A stretch of 64,000 nucleotides of DNA from Octopus sinensis. Taxonomy: Eukaryota. The stretch lies in contig NC_042997.1 of NCBI RefSeq assembly GCF_006345805.1, forward strand, positions 108,252,001 through 108,316,000, written 5' to 3'. The notes beneath the pieces were generated by a model that was not told the DNA's origin, made no database searches, and worked only from the letters and a program-made list of their open reading frames with translations. Below are positions 38,882 to 51,844 of this stretch, piece by piece (position 1 is the stretch's first letter; every line of letters starts with the position of its first letter). The position numbers were made by a program, and so were the translations under genes.

Positions 38882-39414
38882 AAAAAAGTGTTTTTCCTTT
38901 TATATTGCAGTGAATTAATTCCAAAGTATATTATTGAAGTGAAATGATTTCAAAATAGAATAAGATGTATTAAAAAACTATTATCGTAATCAAATTATTT
39001 CAAAAGACATTATTACATATTCTAAAATATCAAATGATTATTCAAAATACATTAGTAGCCTTAAATGAAGGCTAGTAACAAGGCATTACAAGTGTGCATT
39101 GCAATGAATATCTTCTGTACAAAGTGAAACCGGTTTGAAATTATGTTACTTAGATGTATTTTGTAACTATAAACTTTGAAGAATTTAATAAGGTATTTTG
39201 AAATGATTTTAATGTACTTTGGAATTCGTAATCTTGAAATGATTTGAGTGTAGTAATGTATTTTGGATATGATGTTTCATCTCGTAATATCTCTTAAAAT
39301 AGTTTGATTGTGATGATCAGTTTTTCAGTGCATATTATTCTATTTTGAAATGATTTGACTGTAATAATATATCTGGAATTAAATCATTGCAATATAAAAG
39401 GAAAAACACATTTT
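38882..39414. mobile_element. AT-rich foldback / MITE with imperfect long inverted arms
   Basis: gtgtttttccttttatattgca... / ...tgcaatataaaaggaaaaacac; internal subrepeat ttgaaatgattt and its complement. Confidence 0.7.
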
Positions 39415-40452
39415 ATTATTATTATTTTTTCATATCTCCTGACTTGTGTGCAAACGTTTTTGACGTGTGTGTGTTGTACAGTAATGTAAACTGGTAACAT
39501 TTGAAATTTCATAAACCATATTGTTATAAATAACTTCATTAATCACGACCCTGAGAAAACAAATATAGTTATTGTTGTTTAAGATAATTCAATCACTTAT
39601 TCTTCTATATTTCTATCTTCATTTTCATTAAGAGTTTTTTTTTTTAATGTGATAGTTTTGTTTGTTTGTTTTATTATAGTATTTTTGTAATATTCTCTTA
39701 ATTAGAGACTTGGGGGCGGGTTTATTATATAATCATTGACAAAAAACAAACTTTTTTCCCATCCCATTAATCCAATAAACCCAAATATGACTGCTTTGTT
39801 GACCTAAATCAATCCTTCAATTTAGTGAAATACAAACCTAATGGATAGGGGGGTGGGATCCTACCCTTTAAAGTTTAAGGTTCAAATTACTACCTCATAT
39901 TGTGAAGTCCTTCCCCACATTTTATTTTCCTCCTTTTTTTTGTTTTCTTTAATTTCATTTTATTGCAAAGTAATAAACAAATTTTGTCCTGTTGAAACCA
40001 ACTTTTTGTCAACACTTTCCCTTTACTCTTAACCTAGTTTCTCAACTCCACCATTGGCTGGCCTAGTGGAGAATTTAAACTACAGGATCTGTTTTCCATA
40101 TACATCTCTGTAGATACTGGCATCTTTTGTATATTCCATATAAGGAAAACTTAGAATTTATTAGAGAAAAATAATTTGGTCAGTTTGTAACTGATACCAA
40201 GATCCGTTTTATTTCAGTGAAATAGATAATGGTTTATATTTTCAATTATTTATTCCAAAATGTCCAATATGGTTTCTTTCAGCATTTACAAAAACGAAAA
40301 ACTGATTAAATATATTAATCTCGAGATTAGTGATAATCTTATTCCTTAATCCTTTCGTGACTGCTCTTGGTGCTAGGATACCAATTTCATGCTTGAAAGT
40401 GAAAGAATTTAAAACCTTTCTTCCAATTTTTATTTAGATTTATGTTCCAGGC

Positions 40453-40630
40453 AATGAGTTGGCAGAATTGTTAAGAGTATCTGAAAAAATGTTTTCCAGT
40501 ATTTCTTTGTCTTATGTTTTGAGATCAAATCCTGCCGAGGTTAGCTTCACCTTTCATCCTTTCAGGAGCTCAACATGATCAACTCACCCCCTCCCTTAGG
40601 ATTGCTGGCCCCATGTCAAAATTAGAAAGA
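40453..40630 (+). mobile_element. SINE family A (diverged)
   Basis: gcaatgagttggcagaattgttaag...caccttt.catcctttcagg. Confidence 0.65.
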
Positions 40631-40714
40631 AAATATATGTTCCAAATATCAATTTAGCCCTTTTGATGCCAACCTGCCTGAAACTGCCTCTCCCTCTGTA
40701 GTACAAATGTCTTC

Positions 40715-43590
40715 ATCATCGTCATTTAACGTCCGCTTTCCATGCTAGCATGGGTTGGACGGTTCAACTGGGGTCTGGGGAGCCCGAAAGCTGCACCAGT
40801 CCAGTCAGATCTGGCAGTATTTCTACAGCTGGATGCCCTTCCTAACGCCAACCACTCCGAGAGTGTAGTGGGTGATTTTATGTGCCACCGACACAGGTGC
40901 CAGACGAGGCTGGCAAACGGCCACGCTCGGATGGTGTTTTTTATGTGCCACCGACACAGGTGCCAGACGAGGCTGGCAAACGGCCACGCTCGGATGGTGT
41001 TTTTATGTGCCACCGACACAGGTGCCAGATGAGGCTGGCAAATGGCCACGATCGGATGGTGCTTGTTACGTGCCCACAGCACGGAGGCCAGTTGATGCGG
41101 TACTGGCTACGGCCACGTTCGGATGGTTTTCTTGTGTGCCACGTGCCACCGGCACTGGTACCACAAAGATACAAATTCCATTGATGTTCATCTATTTTGA
41201 TTTGTTTTGATTTTCACTTGCCTCAACAGTCTTCACAAGTGTCACAAGAAGGAAGGTATGCACAGGTGGACTGACTACGTCCCAGGTAGGGGCCATGGGT
41301 TATGGCCTGACTAGTTTGCCGGTCTTCGGATGGTGTTTTTATGTGCCACCGACACAGGTGCTAGATGAGCCTGGCGAACGGCCACGATCGGATGGTGTTT
41401 GTCATGTGCCCACCGCACTGACTACAGCACTGATGGATTTCTTGTGTGCCACAGGCATTGGTACCACAAGATACAAATTCATCTATTTTGTCTATTTTGA
41501 TTTGATTTGATTTTCACTTGCCTCAACCGGTCTTCACAAGTGTCACAAGAAGGAAGGTATGCACAGTGGACTGACTAGTCTTGCCGGGTCTTCGGAAGGT
41601 GTTTTTATGGCGTGCCACGTGTGCCAGATGAGGCTGGCGAACGGCCATGATCGGATGGTGTTTGTTACGTGCCCACAGCACGGACGCCGGTCGATGCGGA
41701 ACTGGCTACGGCCACGTTCGGATGGTTCTCTTGTGTGCCACCGCACTGGTACCACAAAGTGTGTGCCACCGGCGCTGGTACCACAAAGATACAGATTCCA
41801 TTGATGTTCATCTATTTTGATTTGTTTTGATTTTGATTTTCACTTGCCTCAACAGGTCTTCACAAGTGTCACAAGAAGGAAGGTATGCACAGGTGGACTG
41901 ACTACGTCCCAGGTAGGGGCCATGGGTTATGGCCTGACTAGTCTTGCCGGGTCTTCGGATGGTGTTTTTATGTGCCACCGACACAGGTGCTAGATGAGGC
42001 TGGCAAATGGCCACGATCGGATGGTGTTTGTCATGTGCCCACAGCACGGAGGCCAGTCGATGCGGTACTGGCTACGGCCACTTTCGGATCGTTTTCTCTT
42101 GTGTGCCACCGGCACTGGTACCACAAAGATACAAATTTCATTGATGTTCATCTATTTTGATTTGTTTTGATTTGATTTTGATTTTGATTTTCACTTGCCT
42201 CAACAGGCCTTCACAAGTATCACAAGGAGGAAGGTATGCACAGGTGGACTGACTACGTCCAGGTAGGGGCCATGGTTTGGCCTGACTAGTCTTGCCGGTC
42301 TTCGGATGGTGTTTTTATGTGCCACCGACACAGGTGCTAGATGAGGCTGGCGAACGGCCACGACCGGATGGTGTTTGTTATGTGCCCACAGCACGATGGC
42401 CAGTGATGCGGTACTGACTACGGCCATGTTCGGATGGATTCTTGTGTGCCACCGGCACTGGTACCACAAGCGGTACTGACTACTTTTTATGTGCCACCGA
42501 CACAGGTGCTAGATGAGGCTGGCGAACGGCCACGACCGGATGGTGTTTGTTATGTGCCCACAGCACGATGGCCAGTGATGCGGTACTGACTACGGCCACG
42601 TTCGGATGGATTTCTGTGTGCCACCGGCACTGGTACCACAAGCGGTACTGACTACGGCCCGTTCGGATGGATTCTTGTGTGCCCCGGCACTGGTACCACA
42701 AAGATACAAATTCCATTGATGTTCATCTATTTTGATTTGTTTTGATTTTCACTTGCCTCAACAGGTCTTCACAGTGTCACAAGAAGGAAGGTATGTACAG
42801 GTGGACTGACTACGTCCCAGGTAGGGCCCACGGGTTATGACCTGACTAGTCTTGCCGGGTCTTCGGATGGTGTTTTTATGTGCCACCATGTTCCCACAGC
42901 ACGGAGGCCAATCGATGCGGTACTGGCTACGGCCACGTTCGGATGGTTTTCTTGTGTGTGCCACAGGCACTGGTACCACAAAGATACAAATTCCATTGAT
43001 GTTCATCTATTTTGATTGATTTTCACTTGCCTCAGCAGGTCTTCACAAGTGTCACAAGAAGGAAGGTATGCACAGGTGGATCGACTACGTCCCAGGTAGG
43101 GCCACGGGATATGGCCTGACTAGTCCTGCCGGGTCCTCTCATGCACAGCACACTTCCATAGGACTCGGTCTTCAGTCATTTCCTTGGTGAGACCTAAGTT
43201 CGAAGGTTGTGCTTCACCACCTCGTCCCAGGTTTTCCTGGGTCTACCTCTTCCACAGTTTCCCTCAACTGCTAGGGTGTAGCACTTTTGCACACAACTAT
43301 CTTCAGCCATTCTCGTCACATGACCATACCAGCGCAGCCGTCTCTCTTGCACACCACAACTGACACTTCTTAGGTTCAACTTTCTCTCAAAGTACTTACA
43401 CTCTGATGATTATGAACACTGACATTACACATCCATCGGAGCATACTGGCTTCATTTCTTGCAAGCTTTGCATATCCTCAGCTGTCACGGCCCATGTTTC
43501 ACTACCATGTAGCATGGCTGTACGTACACACGCATCATATAGTCTGCCTTTTACTCTTAGCGAGAGGCCTTTTGTCACCAGCAGGGGTAA
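40715..43590 (-). mobile_element. RTE LINE 3' end with a 3' UTR expanded into a higher-order tandem array
   Basis: ORF2 end at about 43150-43590 (ERRLRWYGHV..RGRPRKTW). The marker ttcacttgcctca occurs six times (about 41213, 41513, 41838, 42190, 42747, 43021). A single (GAT)n tail lies at about 40715. Confidence 0.9.
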
Positions 43591-43599
43591 GAGCTCTCT

Positions 43600-43770
43600 A
43601 AACTTTTTTTGTTTTCAAAAATTCTGAATTAAAATCTTCCACCAAACCTTAGTCCCAATTTATGTTTCTAACACTAGCTGAATGATAACGGAAGTTATTT
43701 TACTAAATTCTTTGTCATATTTAAAATTAATTGAAAGAAACAGAAAATCTTATGGTAACGAAAGGGTTAA
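43600..43770. mobile_element. piggyBac-like MITE end (…aaagggTTAA)
   Basis: Terminus aaagggttaa; related sequence at about 225-381, 27180-27330 and 55630-55800. Confidence 0.5.
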
Positions 43771-44655
43771 TAATGACAGTTATTGTTAATTCTTCATTAT
43801 CTTCAAAATTAATTGAAATGAAGGCAGATGTGTGTGTGTGTGTGTGTGAAAGATAGTCTTCTGGTCCTGACTTTGTATGATACTTGTAAAGCAATTGTCA
43901 TTGCCTTACAACATATTTCAACAGAAACATAATGAGAAAATCGGTAAGTTATGTATTTCATATTCTATGATAATTTAAAATTTTGGCCGATGGTGGGGGT
44001 GGGGAGTAAGCCGATTACAGCCACTCCAGGGTTTGAGTGCTCCTTATACTATCAACCCTGAAAGGCAAGGTCAACCTAAGCAGAATTTGAACTCACTGTA
44101 AAGACGGGGGAAATGCCAACAGATCTGCCAGCTTGTGACCTAATCTTCTATTTAATAAAAGAGGGATGTGAACAAAGCTTGGACTTCTTAAAAATGACCG
44201 TTGTGTGAAGATTTCAACAGAAACTCATACATGGAGCATGCATGATTGTACGTGTTAAAATTGAAACCTCCTTCTCCATTCTTCTAATTTCTGCTGTATA
44301 TACCCTGTTGTGTATAGATTTAGAACAAGCAGGCTTCATAACATCAAATTATCCTCTTCAGTTGTTGATTCTCTCTCGCAGCACTGACCACTGGCAAAAC
44401 AGCCACCAGTTGGTTTGTTAGACTCCTGTCAAAAATATCAAACTTTCTCTCTCTCGAATTTTTGTATCATCATCATCACCATTGTTTTACTATCCATTTT
44501 TCCATGCTTGCATGGTATTTGTTGAGGAATATTTTCTACCTCCAGATACCGTCTTGTCACCTATTGTCACCTGTCTCCAGGAACACTGGAAACGAAGGAC
44601 ATTGACACTCACTCTACAACTATCACACAATGTCAAGACAAGAACACACAAACAC

Positions 44656-44737
<82 letters not shown>

Positions 44738-44739
44738 AT

Positions 44740-44905
44740 ATCATCATCATCGTTTAACGTCTGCTTTCCATGTTAGCATGGGTTGGACAATTTGACCGAG
44801 GACTGGTGAACCAGATGGCTGCACCAAGTTCCAGGCAAGGTCTCTACTGCTGGATGCCCTTCCTAATGCCAACCACTCTGAGTGTGTAGTGGGTGCTTTT
44901 ACGTG
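44740..44905 (-). mobile_element. RTE 3' UTR fragment
   Basis: Family motifs. Confidence 0.85.
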
Positions 44906-44940
<35 letters not shown>

Positions 44941-45267
44941 AATTAAGTAATGGAAAGATGGATTTGGTATCAAACTTTATTCTGTACAACATTCATTTCA
45001 ACCCATCTTGCTATTGTCCTTTCTGTGGTGAACTCCATTCAACATGTTGTATTGCATTGATTTTGCAGTCTGGCTCTCATCAGGTACATTGATAAAGTTG
45101 TACCTCACTAAAGATCTTGAGGGCTGGCTGCCATGTTGCTATATGCCCATCTAGTTAGGGAATGAATAATCGACTTATACCCATTAGTCCAAAATATTAA
45201 TTATATATCTGTGTCTGTGTGTGTATATATCTGTAAATATAATATGTGACAATTATTCGGTAGCCAT

Positions 45268-45328
45268 GATAAAACTCTGAGTTTCGGATGTTGGGGAGGA
45301 AACCCACACTGGCATCTCTTCAGTTATC
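45268..45328 (-). ncRNA. Type I hammerhead ribozyme, family H5 (intact core)
   Basis: GATAA-CTGAAGA-GATG...CATC-C-GAA-ACTC(A)GAGT-T/TTATC. Confidence 0.75.
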
Positions 45329-45520
45329 AGACCATCGAAAAAAATGCTATGCAAATGACCATTAAAACAAAGGGAAATTACTGTTATTAAAACAAGAGCT
45401 ATTAGAATGACTCTTACTTAGCGGTCATTCTAATAGCTCTTTTGTCTTAATAACGCTCAATCACCCAGTAATTTACCTTTGTTTCAACGGTCATTTCCAT
45501 AGCATTTTTTTCGATGGCCT

Positions 45521-45581
45521 GATAACTGAAGAGATGCCAGCATGGGTTTCCGCCCCAACATCCAAAACTTGGAGTTTTATC
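45521..45581 (+). ncRNA. Hammerhead ribozyme, family H5, inactivated (G12A)
   Basis: GATAA-CTGAAGA-GATG...CATC-C-AAA-ACTTGGAGT-T/TTATC. Confidence 0.65.
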
Positions 45582-45743
45582 GTGGCTACTGAATAATTGT
45601 CACATATAACATTTACAGATAAATTCCTCTATTTACATAATATCAAGGTCTCTTTCATTCTTTTGTTGTCTTACCATTTCTATCAATATATGTGTGTGTG
45701 TGTGTATAGGTGTATGTGTGTGTATATATATGTGTATGTAAAC

Positions 45744-46198
45744 AATAAATTAAATAGAGACATACAATTGACAATCTAATAATTTATTTATATTATAACA
45801 TAACATAACATAACATACAATGAATATAATGTAATATAATATAATATAAAATAAACAATTATGAAAAAGCAAACAGTTACTTTTGACTTATATACATTTT
45901 TTGATACATAAACAATTCAATTCACTTATATAAGTCTCATCAGAGCCAATGGTTTAATGAAGTTCCTTGTGAAAGGATGGCTGGATTGTAAAAAAATTAA
46001 TTCAAATGCCAATATGGTTTTTTGCTGGTATAATGGAGAAATTACCTGTTGACATCTCATTGAAAGACATTCTGGTCCCACCCAGGAAGGATTTTATGAA
46101 AAATCTTATTACTTAGTTATATTATATTCATAGTATATTATGTTATATTATAATATAAATAAATTATTGGATTGTCAATTGTATCTCTCTAATTTATT
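45744..46198. mobile_element. Foldback element with ~55-bp terminal inverted arms
   Basis: aataaatt..gagacatacaattgacaatctaataatttattt / aaataaattattggattgtcaattgtatctctctaatttatt. Confidence 0.65.
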
Positions 46199-46340
46199 GT
46201 CTGTAATTTGCATTACACCCATATTTCTGTGGCATTCAACTGACTTGCACCAGTGAATTGGATGTTTTACACACCTCTTTCAAGGAAGTCTTTTTTTCAG
46301 TTTGTTACTTTATATGATGTTGATGATGATGACATATATA

Positions 46341-46371
<31 letters not shown>

Positions 46372-46794
46372 ATGTGTTTGTATATGTCTATATACGTATG
46401 TGTGACCTTTTGTTTATGATAGTTTTGTGTCGTTGTATAGGTGGCCCTGTGTATAACCTCTAACGATGCATAGCCTTTCCCAAATTTGGCATTCTTTAAG
46501 GACCCAGGAACTACTTTCACACATCTATGATGGCTAAAACATATTGTTTGTAGGGAATTATTGTTTCTTTCTGTTGACCAAATTAGACACTTGCGATTGC
46601 TCTTTGTATGTTTGTGTGTTGTTTTCATGTCTTTACTTTCTTCTCTGTGTGCCAAAGATATTGTAGAGGTTTTGTATATCATCATCATCTTCATTAGTAC
46701 TATCATCATTGTCTTCACCAGCACCATCATCATTGTTATTATCATCATCATCATTAACACCACCACCATCATCGTGTGTGTGCATGCGTGTATG

Positions 46795-46831
<37 letters not shown>

Positions 46832-47364
46832 ATATGTATTGTCATTTATTTATTATGTTAATCTAGTTAAGAATTAGTAATTTCTTAAGGATTTTCTGAT
46901 GGGAGATCAGGTGAAATTATTGATCTCCATAATTTTTAATTCAATTTAAGAACAAAATAGGATTTAGCAAAGAATTCCATCGCCTGTGATCTTGATTCTA
47001 ATCTGTTCTAAATTGAGGGTTTCGGATTAAAACAGGATCATAATTGACTTCTTTTGTTTAGAATTAGTTAGATTATTAAACTAAAGCTTTCCACTGTGAA
47101 GTGGTGGCTTAGCTTCATTTTAGTGAGTGGTGGTGGGGGGGTAAGTGATGAAGTAAAGTTAATCCTTCTTAATATCATTAGTGATGGAGTACAGTGAAGA
47201 TATATCACCATCATTCGTTAATTACACTAATTACTTCGTTTATCCTTTTATAGTTTCACATCAGTTTCTGTCAGTGTCCAGTTTTTTTTTTTTTTTTCAT
47301 TTCAGTCCTCAACACTTGATGAAATCATTTTCAGAAAATTGTCATTTCATTTCACAACACTCAT

Positions 47365-47545
47365 CTATGACCTTAGACAAGTTCCTCTACTCCACTATAC
47401 TCTTTCCTTACAAATCTATGACCTTAGACAAGTCACTCCACTCTGCTGTTTTCTTCCTTATAAATGTTTGACTTTAAATAAGTTCTTCCACTTTACTTTA
47501 CTCATTTCCTATGTATGACCTCAGACAAGTTCCTTCACTCCACTG
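47365..47545. repeat. Diverged ~50-bp tandem repeat (tctatgaccttagacaagt...ctccact) x4
   Basis: Direct reading. Confidence 0.6.
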
Positions 47546-47734
47546 TAGCTATTACCTGAACTCTGTGTACAAAAATCTATGTCATAATTAGCCAACAAAT
47601 GAGCCTCTAGAAATAGCTGCTAAATTCCCTTCAGGTCACATCCTAGTCTTAAAACAGAAGGATACATTGCATGTTTATAGTTGCAGAAGTTTTGTTTAAA
47701 ATAAAGACAAAACAGTCTTAGCAGGAATAACATT

Positions 47735-48205
47735 TGTTAATTAGCATTCCTGCCGGTGGCACGTAAAAAGCACCATTTGAGCATGATCATTGCCAGTGTT
47801 GCCTGACTGGCCCCTGTACCAGTGGCACGTAAAAACCACCATTCAAACGTGGTCGTTGCCATTGCCGCCTGACCGGCTCCTGTGCTGGCGGTATGTAAAA
47901 AGCACATAAATAGCACCACCATTCCTGCCGGTGGCACATAAAAAGCACCATTCAAGCATGGTCGTTGCCAGTATAGCCTGACTGGTTCCTGTGCTGGTGG
48001 CACATAAAAAGCACCATTTGAGCGTGGTTGATGCCAGTACCCTCATGCTGGTGGTATATAAAAAGCACCCACTACACTCTTGGAGTGGTTGGTATTAGGA
48101 AGGGCATCCAGCTGTAGAAACTTTGCCAGATCAGATTGGAGCCTGGTGCAGCTTTCTGTCCAACCCATGCCAGCATGGAAAGCGGGCGTTAAACAACGAT
48201 GAGAA
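47735..48205 (+). mobile_element. RTE 3' UTR with several hairpin-unit repeats
   Basis: Repeated gtgccggtggcacgtaaaaagcacc, then the family 3' end. Confidence 0.9.
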
Positions 48206-48649
48206 TGATGAACTTCGTCTAATTCTAAGACTGTTCTTACTAAACTGTAAGTGACTTTCTCAGTGACCAAATCCATTCATGACCATCCTGTCTTTTCATC
48301 CCAGCAGTATATATATCAAACGCTACAGTATTCAGTGTCTCCTTCCTCTTTTAACACAATAGGATGTGATTTGAGAGAGATTTGGCTACTGTTTCTAGTA
48401 GGTTGAGCAAGTACATCAAGGCCTTTACAACAGTTTCACTATGTTGTTGAATGGATTAAATCTATTTTTTTAAATGTTATTGAGGTACTTTGCTTAATTC
48501 TGTTGAGGTACTTGTGCTTGCATTGAACTGTGACACGATATGAACCCTTCACATGAGAAATAACACACACACACACACACACATACCCATGCATGTATGT
48601 CCGACAGTAGAGTTTCCAGTGCCTAAGGATTCATGACTGGTTATCAAGA

Positions 48650-49150
48650 GCCAGGTGAAATGCTCAGCAATATTTCGTTTGCTGTTGTGTTCTGAGTTCA
48701 AATTCCACCGAGGTCGACTTTACCTTTTCATCCTTTCGGGGTCAATAAATTAAGTACCAGTTATGCACCGGGGTCGATGTAGTTGACTTAATCCCTTTGT
48801 CTGTCCTTCTTTGTCCCCTCTATGTTTAGCCCCTTGTGGGCAATAAGGAAATAAGATGTGACCATTTGATCTAAAGTGCTGACGATTCTACCAGCTCATC
48901 ATGCTAATAATAATAATTATGATAATAATAATAATAATCTTCTCTACTACAGGTACAAGGCCTGAAATGTGGGTAAGGCAGATAGTTGATCACATCAACA
49001 CCAGTACTCGACTGATACTTAATTTATCGATCCAGAAGAGGATGAAAGGCAAAGTTGACCTTGTTGGAATTTGAACTCAGAACATAAAGACAAGTGAAAT
49101 ATTGCTTAGCATTTTGCCTGATGTGCTAATGATTCTACCAGCTCACCACC
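48650..49150. mobile_element. SINE family A copies in opposite orientations (+ 48650-48855; - 48935-49150)
   Basis: Family core on both strands. Confidence 0.8.
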
Positions 49151-49934
49151 ATAATAATAATAATAATAATATAATAATAATAACAACAGAATCTCATTAG
49201 AATAATCAGAAATGGTTAATGATTTCTAAGATAAGAAGAAACAGTATTTACCATTCTGTTTTAAGAAATGTAAGAACAGGAAACTAAAGTATTGACAAGA
49301 TCAGCATTTACCATTTTAACATCTGTCTTGCTGTTGTGTTTGTGTGAGGTACTTTAGTTCTCACTACTTAATGGTGTTCACTGGTTGGACACAAATTCTA
49401 TTTTTATCATAAAACACTTCCACATAAGAGGCTCTCGTTTTGTATTACAAGATTCTGCTGTTTTCCATCATCACATGGTGCTGCTACACAAGAAAGTGTT
49501 TCTTGGTTCTTAGCTGTCTCCTTTGGTTTCTTATTAACTCTATCGTATGTTGTTGTCAGACTTAACGAACCATCTCTGACAATTGTTTTAATTCCTAAGC
49601 AATGGGTTTTGATGGCAAGTCTTGGTTTATCTGTTCCAATTATGTTGGTTTCATTGAGCTAATAATTAGGGATGGTTATCTGCAAAAATGTAAGTAAAAA
49701 ATGAAATCAGTTGCTCAAATCCTATTCCTGGTATCCTACTTGAAGTTTGGCGAAAATGATTTTAAAATTAGTTTAAGAGAGTAAATATACATAATAATAA
49801 TAATAATAATTCTTTCAGATTTTGTCACAAGGGCAGCCATTTGGGGGGAGAGGTAAGTTGATTACATCAACCCCAGTGTTTCACTGGTATTAATTTATCA
49901 ACCCCAAAAGAATGAAAGGCAAAGTTGACCTTGG

Positions 49935-50200
49935 TGGAATAACAATGACCTTGGTGCCTATAATAATTGGTGCTTTGGGAAACGTAAACAAAGAGATAGA
50001 CAAATGGCTGAAGGAGATTGAAATAGAATGAGCTCCTACAGAATGTTTGTCCCTTTGGGACAGCAAGGATTACCAGGAGGGTTCTAAGCACTTGAAAGAC
50101 TGCTGAAAACTTGTGGATACCTAAGGTTACAGGTAGTAATCCCTTACCCACATAAATCCTACCAGGATTAAGACCGAACCTGAGCCAAACCAAAATAATA
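49935..50200 (+). mobile_element. R4/Dong-like RLE LINE 3' end running into (AAT)n
   Basis: TLVPIIIGALGNVNKEIDKWLKEIEIE...LQNVCPFGTARITRRVLST*. Confidence 0.75.
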
Positions 50201-50204
50201 ATAA

Positions 50205-50520
50205 TAATAATAACAGATGGCACTCTGTTGATTATGATGATGAGGGTTCCAGTTGGTCCAATCAATGGAACAGCCTGCTTGTGAAATTAATCTGCATGTG
50301 GCTGAGTACTCCACAGACACATGTACCCTTATAATGTAGTTCTCAGGGAGATTCAGCATGACACAGAGTGTGACAAGGCCGGGTCCTTTGAAATATAGCT
50401 CATTTTTGCCAATGAGTGGATTGGAACAACATAAAATAAAGTGTCTTGCTCAAGGACACAATGCATCGCTGGGAATTGAACTCATGACCTTACGATTGTG
50501 AACCAAACACCCTAACCACT
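50205..50520 (-). mobile_element. tRNA-derived SINE family C
   Basis: agtggttagggtgtttggttcacaatcgtaaggtcatgagttcaattccc...ccttgagcaagacac. Confidence 0.7.
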
Positions 50521-50934
50521 AATAACAATAATAATGATGATGATGATGTTGATAATGGCTTAAAATTTTGGCAGAAAGTCAGAAATTTGGGTGGGAGGAG
50601 TTAGTGAATTACATGAACCTCAGTAAATGACTGGTATTTATTACTTTATGAAACCCAAAAAGATAAAAGCTGACCTCAGCAGAATGTTCAACTCAGAGTT
50701 TGAACTAAAAGAAACAAGAGAATAATGATGGTTTCCTTTATTTGCCACAGGGGTATCAGATGAAGGGGGCATTGTGAATATAGATAAGAATTTATGGTCA
50801 AGGGTCCCACAAGATGCTAACTATCATGGACTTCTTCATCCAATTGTCTGAATTATCTGAGATGAAAAAGCTGGAAGACATGTCATTCAGTATTGTGTGC
50901 GATGCTCTAAAGATTCTGCCTGATCGTCTCCCTT

Positions 50935-51018
50935 GATGATGATGATGACGACGATGACGATGATGATGACGGTGATGATGACGATGATGTTGATGATGAC
51001 AGTGATGATGATGATGAT
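50935..51018. repeat. (GAT/GAC)n microsatellite
   Basis: Direct reading. Confidence 0.95.
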
Positions 51019-51019
51019 G

Positions 51020-51410
51020 CTTTCTATTATAGGCATAAGGCCTGGAATTTGTGGGGGCGGGTTAAGTCTCCTACATTGACCCCAGTACTTGACTGGTACT
51101 TTATTGACCCTGGACGGACGAAAGGCAAACTTGACCTCGGTGGAATTTGAACTCAGAACATAGACAGATGAAACGCTACTAATGATTCTGTCAGCTCACC
51201 ATCTAATTATTATTATTATTAATAATAATAATAATAATAATAATATTGGTTTCCTGTTTTGGGGGAGAGGTTAGTAGATTACATTGACCCTAGTATTTAA
51301 CTGGTACAGGCAAACTTGACCTTGATGGAATTTGAACTCAGAACATAAAGACAGATGTAATGCTGTTAAGCATTTTGTCTGGCATCCTAACAATTCTGCC
51401 AGCTTGCCGT
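51020..51410 (-). mobile_element. Two SINE family A copies
   Basis: ggaatttgaactcagaacata occurs twice. Confidence 0.8.
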
Positions 51411-51626
51411 CATCAATTATGGTGATTATTAATAATTCAGTTCTATATTTAAGAGATGAGGAATAAGGCACATTATTTACATTATTTACATTTGATGGAT
51501 ATTTGTCCTCATCTTGTTTGTTGTTAACACATTTTGGCTGATATACCCTCCAGCCTTCATCAGGTGTCTTGGGGAAATTTCAAACCTGGGTTTTCATTCC
51601 TAAGGTATTTTTCGATGTTATTATTA

Positions 51627-51660
<34 letters not shown>

Positions 51661-51665
<5 letters not shown>

Positions 51666-51731
51666 TCACTGCTTGGAATCGAACTCAGAATCTTGAGGTT
51701 AGTAGCCCACGCTCTTAACCACTACGCCATA
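51661..51731 (-). mobile_element. Short tRNA-derived repeat with (AAT)n tail (not a functional tRNA)
   Basis: A box TGGCGTAGTGG and B box GAGTTCGATTCC are present, but the anticodon and T stems are mispaired. Confidence 0.7.
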
Positions 51732-51798
51732 TAACATAGAGAAATACCTTAGGAATGAGAACCCAGGTTTAAAATTTCCGCCGCTTCTCCCACCCCCA

Positions 51799-51844
51799 GA
51801 CACCTGATGAAGGCTGGAGGGTATATCAGCCGAAACGTTGTGTT
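51799..51844 (+). ncRNA. Minimal type I hammerhead ribozyme, family H6
   Basis: GACAC-CTGATGA-A-GGCTG(GAGGGTATAT)CAGCC-GAA-ACGT-T/GTGTT. Confidence 0.75.

Larger units (their letters stand above)
45243..45606. mobile_element. Inverted-pair element, family H5, with a hammerhead in each arm
   Basis: Arms of about 170 bp are reverse complements meeting at about 45410-45425; 3' ends (aattgtcacat) face outward. Confidence 0.85.

Noticed and set aside
40726-43006. Many 70-120 aa ORFs (MCHRHRCQ..., MPPTQVPDEAG...)
   Set aside because: They are translations of the repetitive RTE 3' UTR and recur in every UTR copy in all frames.
44150-44433. Possible terminal exon on the minus strand (ttttgacag acceptor; SLTNQLVAVLPVVSAARENQQLKRII*)
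   Set aside because: Two frames are equally plausible, no homology was recognised, and there are no linked upstream exons.
45905-45947. Minus-strand CTGATGA-G-ACTT(ATAT)AAGT-GAAT in the 45744-46198 foldback
   Set aside because: Core and stem II fit, but GAAA is incomplete and stem I does not pair. At best a badly decayed relic.
51661-51731. Functional tRNA gene
   Set aside because: Anticodon and T stems are mispaired, there is no proper acceptor stem, and it ends in an (AAT)n tail.
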